DNA of 64,000 nucleotides from assembly GCA_964420965.1 (NCBI GenBank), contig CAYQUQ010000001.1, forward strand, positions 31,544-95,543, written 5' to 3'. A program made the position numbers and the translations under genes. This stretch comes from an uncultured Planctomycetia bacterium. GTDB lineage: Bacteria > Omnitrophota > Gorgyraeia > Duberdicusellales > 4484-171. Below are positions 63,390 through 64,000 of the stretch, in pieces (position 1 is the stretch's first letter; the number at the start of each line of letters is the position of its first letter). The notes under the pieces are model-generated. The model searched no databases. It saw nothing but the letters and a program-made list of their open reading frames with translations, and had not been told where the DNA came from.

Positions 63390-63941
63390 ATGGCAATGAA
63401 AACCGAAATCTTAATTTCCGGGTTTGGCGGCCAGGGTTTGATGCGCTTGGGGAAGATTATGGCTCAGGTTGCTCTGGATGAAAACAAACATACCAGCTGG
63501 TTTCCCTCTTACGGCGCAGAGATGCGGGGAGGAACCGCCCATTGTTTTGTCAAGATTTCTTCGGCGCCGATAGCCTCACCCCTGGTGGAATTTCCCGATA
63601 TATCCCTCATTTTTAATCAACCCTCTCTGGATAAGTTCGCCCCCAGGCTAAAAAATAAAAGTTTGCTAATCATAAATACGGATTTAGTCAACGGTTTCTT
63701 GAGCCGCGGGGATGTTCAAGAAATCGGCTTACCCTTAAACAAATTAGCTTTAGAGTGCGCCAGTTTACGGGTAGCTAATATTGTCGCGTTAGGATTTTTA
63801 ACCGCCTTTAAAAACAATCTGTTCAAGGAAGAAACCGTAGTTAAGGTTCTTAAGAAGGTTTTTGATAAAAAGGAGAATTCAGAAGTTAATCTTAAAGGAT
63901 TCTATAAAGGCAGGGATTTTTTTCGCCAGTTTAGCAAGTAG
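63390..63941 (+). CDS. 2-oxoacid:ferredoxin oxidoreductase gamma subunit
   Basis: ILISGFGGQGLMRLGKI; 183 aa. Confidence 0.88.
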   Translation: MAMKTEILISGFGGQGLMRLGKIMAQVALDENKHTSWFPSYGAEMRGGTAHCFVKISSAPIASPLVEFPDISLIFNQPSLDKFAPRLKNKSLLIINTDLVNGFLSRGDVQEIGLPLNKLALECASLRVANIVALGFLTAFKNNLFKEETVVKVLKKVFDKKENSEVNLKGFYKGRDFFRQFSK

Positions 63942-64000
63942 GTGTTATGCGGGCTAAGGCTATCGATAAAATTATTAAGTTGTTAAAAATTCCGGCTTTT

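Noticed and set aside
1-64000. Search for tRNA, rRNA, transposase, integrase or phage genes
   Set aside because: No GTTCGAnnC T-loop in a tRNA context, no rRNA-like conserved blocks, and no DDE or tyrosine-recombinase motifs turned up in any ORF translation. None is reported.

Overview
This 64-kb window looks like it comes from an uncultivated, anaerobic bacterium of roughly 45% GC. The clues are RNase Y with YmdB, a 2-oxoacid:ferredoxin oxidoreductase operon, several radical-SAM enzymes, and many secreted TPR and transglutaminase-like proteins. Most genes lie on the + strand in tight housekeeping operons. These are the rpoD 3' end, gatCAB, ctpA-like, tsaD, era, rlmN, a 5-FCL gene, rny-ymdB, dxs and the korDABG-type operon. 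Four things interrupt this backbone. First, a 7,062-bp giant ORF (2,353 aa, membrane-anchored, modular) carries near-identical 576-bp internal tandem repeats, an internal Tat-like motif and an upstream duplication/deletion scar. Second, there is a type II polyketide-synthase-like cluster: acyl-CoA ligase, KS-alpha, KS-beta, ACP, two cyclases, a ketoreductase, an MFS exporter, a B12-radical-SAM enzyme, a class IV aminotransferase and a methyltransferase. It is followed by a sugar-phosphate and aldehyde-handling block (MtnA-like, class II aldolase-SCP2, ALDH, class I aldolase, Zn-ADH). Third, four minus-strand paralogues encode secreted proteins that share an approximately 45-aa N-terminal module fused to different C-terminal domains. 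Fourth, at least four families of short palindromic repeat elements occur. Two of them sit in frame inside coding sequence, including inside korA. I found no rRNA, tRNA, CRISPR array, transposase or integrase. All calls are from reading the sequence and the ORF translations; nothing was searched against a database.
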